Positions 62,495 to 64,000 of a stretch of DNA of 64,000 nt are shown in pieces. The DNA is taken from NCBI RefSeq assembly GCF_009914755.1, contig NC_060935.1; one strand, given 5' to 3'. The DNA is from the human T2T-CHM13v2.0 reference genome, Homo sapiens. The notes beneath the pieces were generated by a model. That model was given only the letters and a program-made list of their open reading frames with translations, was not told where the DNA came from and ran no database searches. The position numbers were made by a program, and so were the translations under genes. The stretch's first letter is position 1. Each line of letters opens with the position of its first letter.

Positions 62495-63470
62495 TGATTC
62501 AACACATAATCTTGGAGCATCTACTATGTGCCAGGCACTGTGCTAAGCATGGGAGAGACAGCAGTAAACAAAACAGCACAGTTCCTGAGCATTCCGCATA
62601 GAGCTGATTCTCTAATAGACAGACATCAAATCAGTAAGGGCGAGAGTGAGATGCAACAACAGAAGCCCAGAGGCTCTGGGAGGGTAGAATGTGGGATGGA
62701 AGGTGGGGAGGTAGAGAATGTATGCTGGCATGAGCAGGGGCCTCCCTGAAGAAGTGGACTTTGAGCTCCCAACTCAAGAGTTAAAGGAGTTAGCTGAGTG
62801 AAGAAGATGGTAGAAGGCCCAGGGATAATGAATAGCAGAGCAAGCATTTATTCAAGAATTATTGACTTAGCATATACTATGTGCCAGACCCTGTTCCAGA
62901 TACTGAGGATACAACATTAATCAGAACAGCAAAGTTCCTCCCTCATGAAGCTTATATTTTAGTGGAGGAATTATCTGTTCCAAATATAACAAGAAGGATA
63001 ATTTAGGAAACTCCAAAAGGGGTGACATTTGAACTGAGACTTCAAATGTGAGAGGGCACAAAGCACTTAAAGTTCTGGGAGAACAGTATTCCCTGCAGGG
63101 GATACAGCAAGTGGAATGGTCCCAAAGCAAAAACGGCATAGCTACTAGAACCAACAAGAGGGCTAGTGGGCTGCAGTGGAGAAAACAAGGGGGAAATGGT
63201 CAGAAATAAGGGCAGTGAGGTGGACAGGGTGATCCTACGGTGTCATCCAGAACATGGAGAGGAGTTTGGGCTTTTTATTCTAGGGCTAACAGGAGTTGCT
63301 AAAGGTTCATGAGCAATGGGTTTGAGTTCTGAAAACAGACCTCTTGGAATATGAGTGGGGCAAGGGTGAGATGAGGGCAAGTGGCCAGGGTGGAAGCCAT
63401 TGTAGGATTACCGGTGTGACAGGGACAAGTGGCAGTAGAGGGGATGAAGAGGAGAGCTGGAGGAGGGTCC
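62495..63470 (-). mobile_element. Two consecutive L2 fragments (second starts ~62845)
   Basis: GAGCATCTACTATGTGCCAGGCACTGTGCTAAGC; TACTATGTGCCAGAC..CCTCATGAAGCTTATATTTTAGTGG..GGTGACATTTGAACTGAGAC. Confidence 0.85.
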
Positions 63471-63554
63471 CTGCCCTAGATTTCACCCTGGATCTTCCTG
63501 ACAGGACTGTTCCCTCCTCCATCACAGACCTTCCATCAAAAGCCTTTACATAAA

Positions 63555-63780
63555 GGATAGTAGCACATGCTCTGGAGACAATTGCCAGGGTACAAATGCC
63601 GGCTCTACCACTTAATAGCTGTGTGGCCTTGAGCAAGTCTCTTAACCTTTCTGTGTTTCAGGTCCCTCAACAATCAAATGGGCCTAGAAGATGGATTTCA
63701 CAGTGCTGTCATGCAGATCAAATGAGTTCAAGTGCTAAAGCCCTGACACACATGCGTGCTTGCGGTGTTAGTGATTACAG
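63555..63780 (+). mobile_element. MIR
   Basis: CCGGCTCTACCACTTAATAGCTGTGTGGCCTTGAGCAAGTCTCTTAACC. Confidence 0.85.
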
Positions 63781-64000
63781 AATTATAGAGCCTGCAGGCT
63801 GTGTGCCACGGGTCTCTGTGACCTCCTTGTCATCATCAAACTTCAAATCCCCAGAGTTTAGAAAAACAAGTGACAAATGATGTGTCCCCATCCAGTCTGG
63901 GCTGACTTAACAGGTCCCCCAAGGAACCCATGGATTTCTCACATGCCTCAGCCTGCACTAGGCCCGATGCACCAGCACGCAGGTGTGCTCTACAGCTACT

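Noticed and set aside
62089-62601. Longest ORF (170 aa)
   Set aside because: Runs through MIR and L2 fragments (EHLLCARHC is the usual antisense L2 translation)

Overview
Primate (most likely human or great-ape) non-coding genomic DNA, either intergenic or deep intronic. It is rich in ancient MIR and L2 fragments and also carries five AluS elements, a short L1PA3/4-type 3' end, old L1M/HAL1 fragments, ERVL/MaLR solo LTRs and Tigger/Charlie MITEs. I found no credible protein-coding gene, tRNA, rRNA or CRISPR array; the ORF track is explained by repeats, low-complexity DNA and chance, and I cannot name the locus. The most unusual signals are non-coding: (1) a diverged ~170-bp direct duplication (96-266 vs 3085-3269) that keeps an exact 20-mer and CRE/E-box/TGTCA-like motifs; (2) a 31-bp palindrome with 15-bp perfect arms at 29162-29192, plus 21-bp and 18-bp palindromes; (3) several repeat-free, homeobox-motif-dense blocks that look like developmental enhancers, one ending in a 20-nt microexon-like unit with stops in all three frames; (4) a run of well-formed + strand exon candidates at 5.0-8.2 kb; (5) a triple-nested MIR>MER76-like>MLT2A2 insertion; (6) a perfect 3x30-bp tandem repeat. 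Repeat family names come from my recall of consensus sequences and need RepeatMasker/Dfam confirmation. Boundaries of old repeats are approximate.
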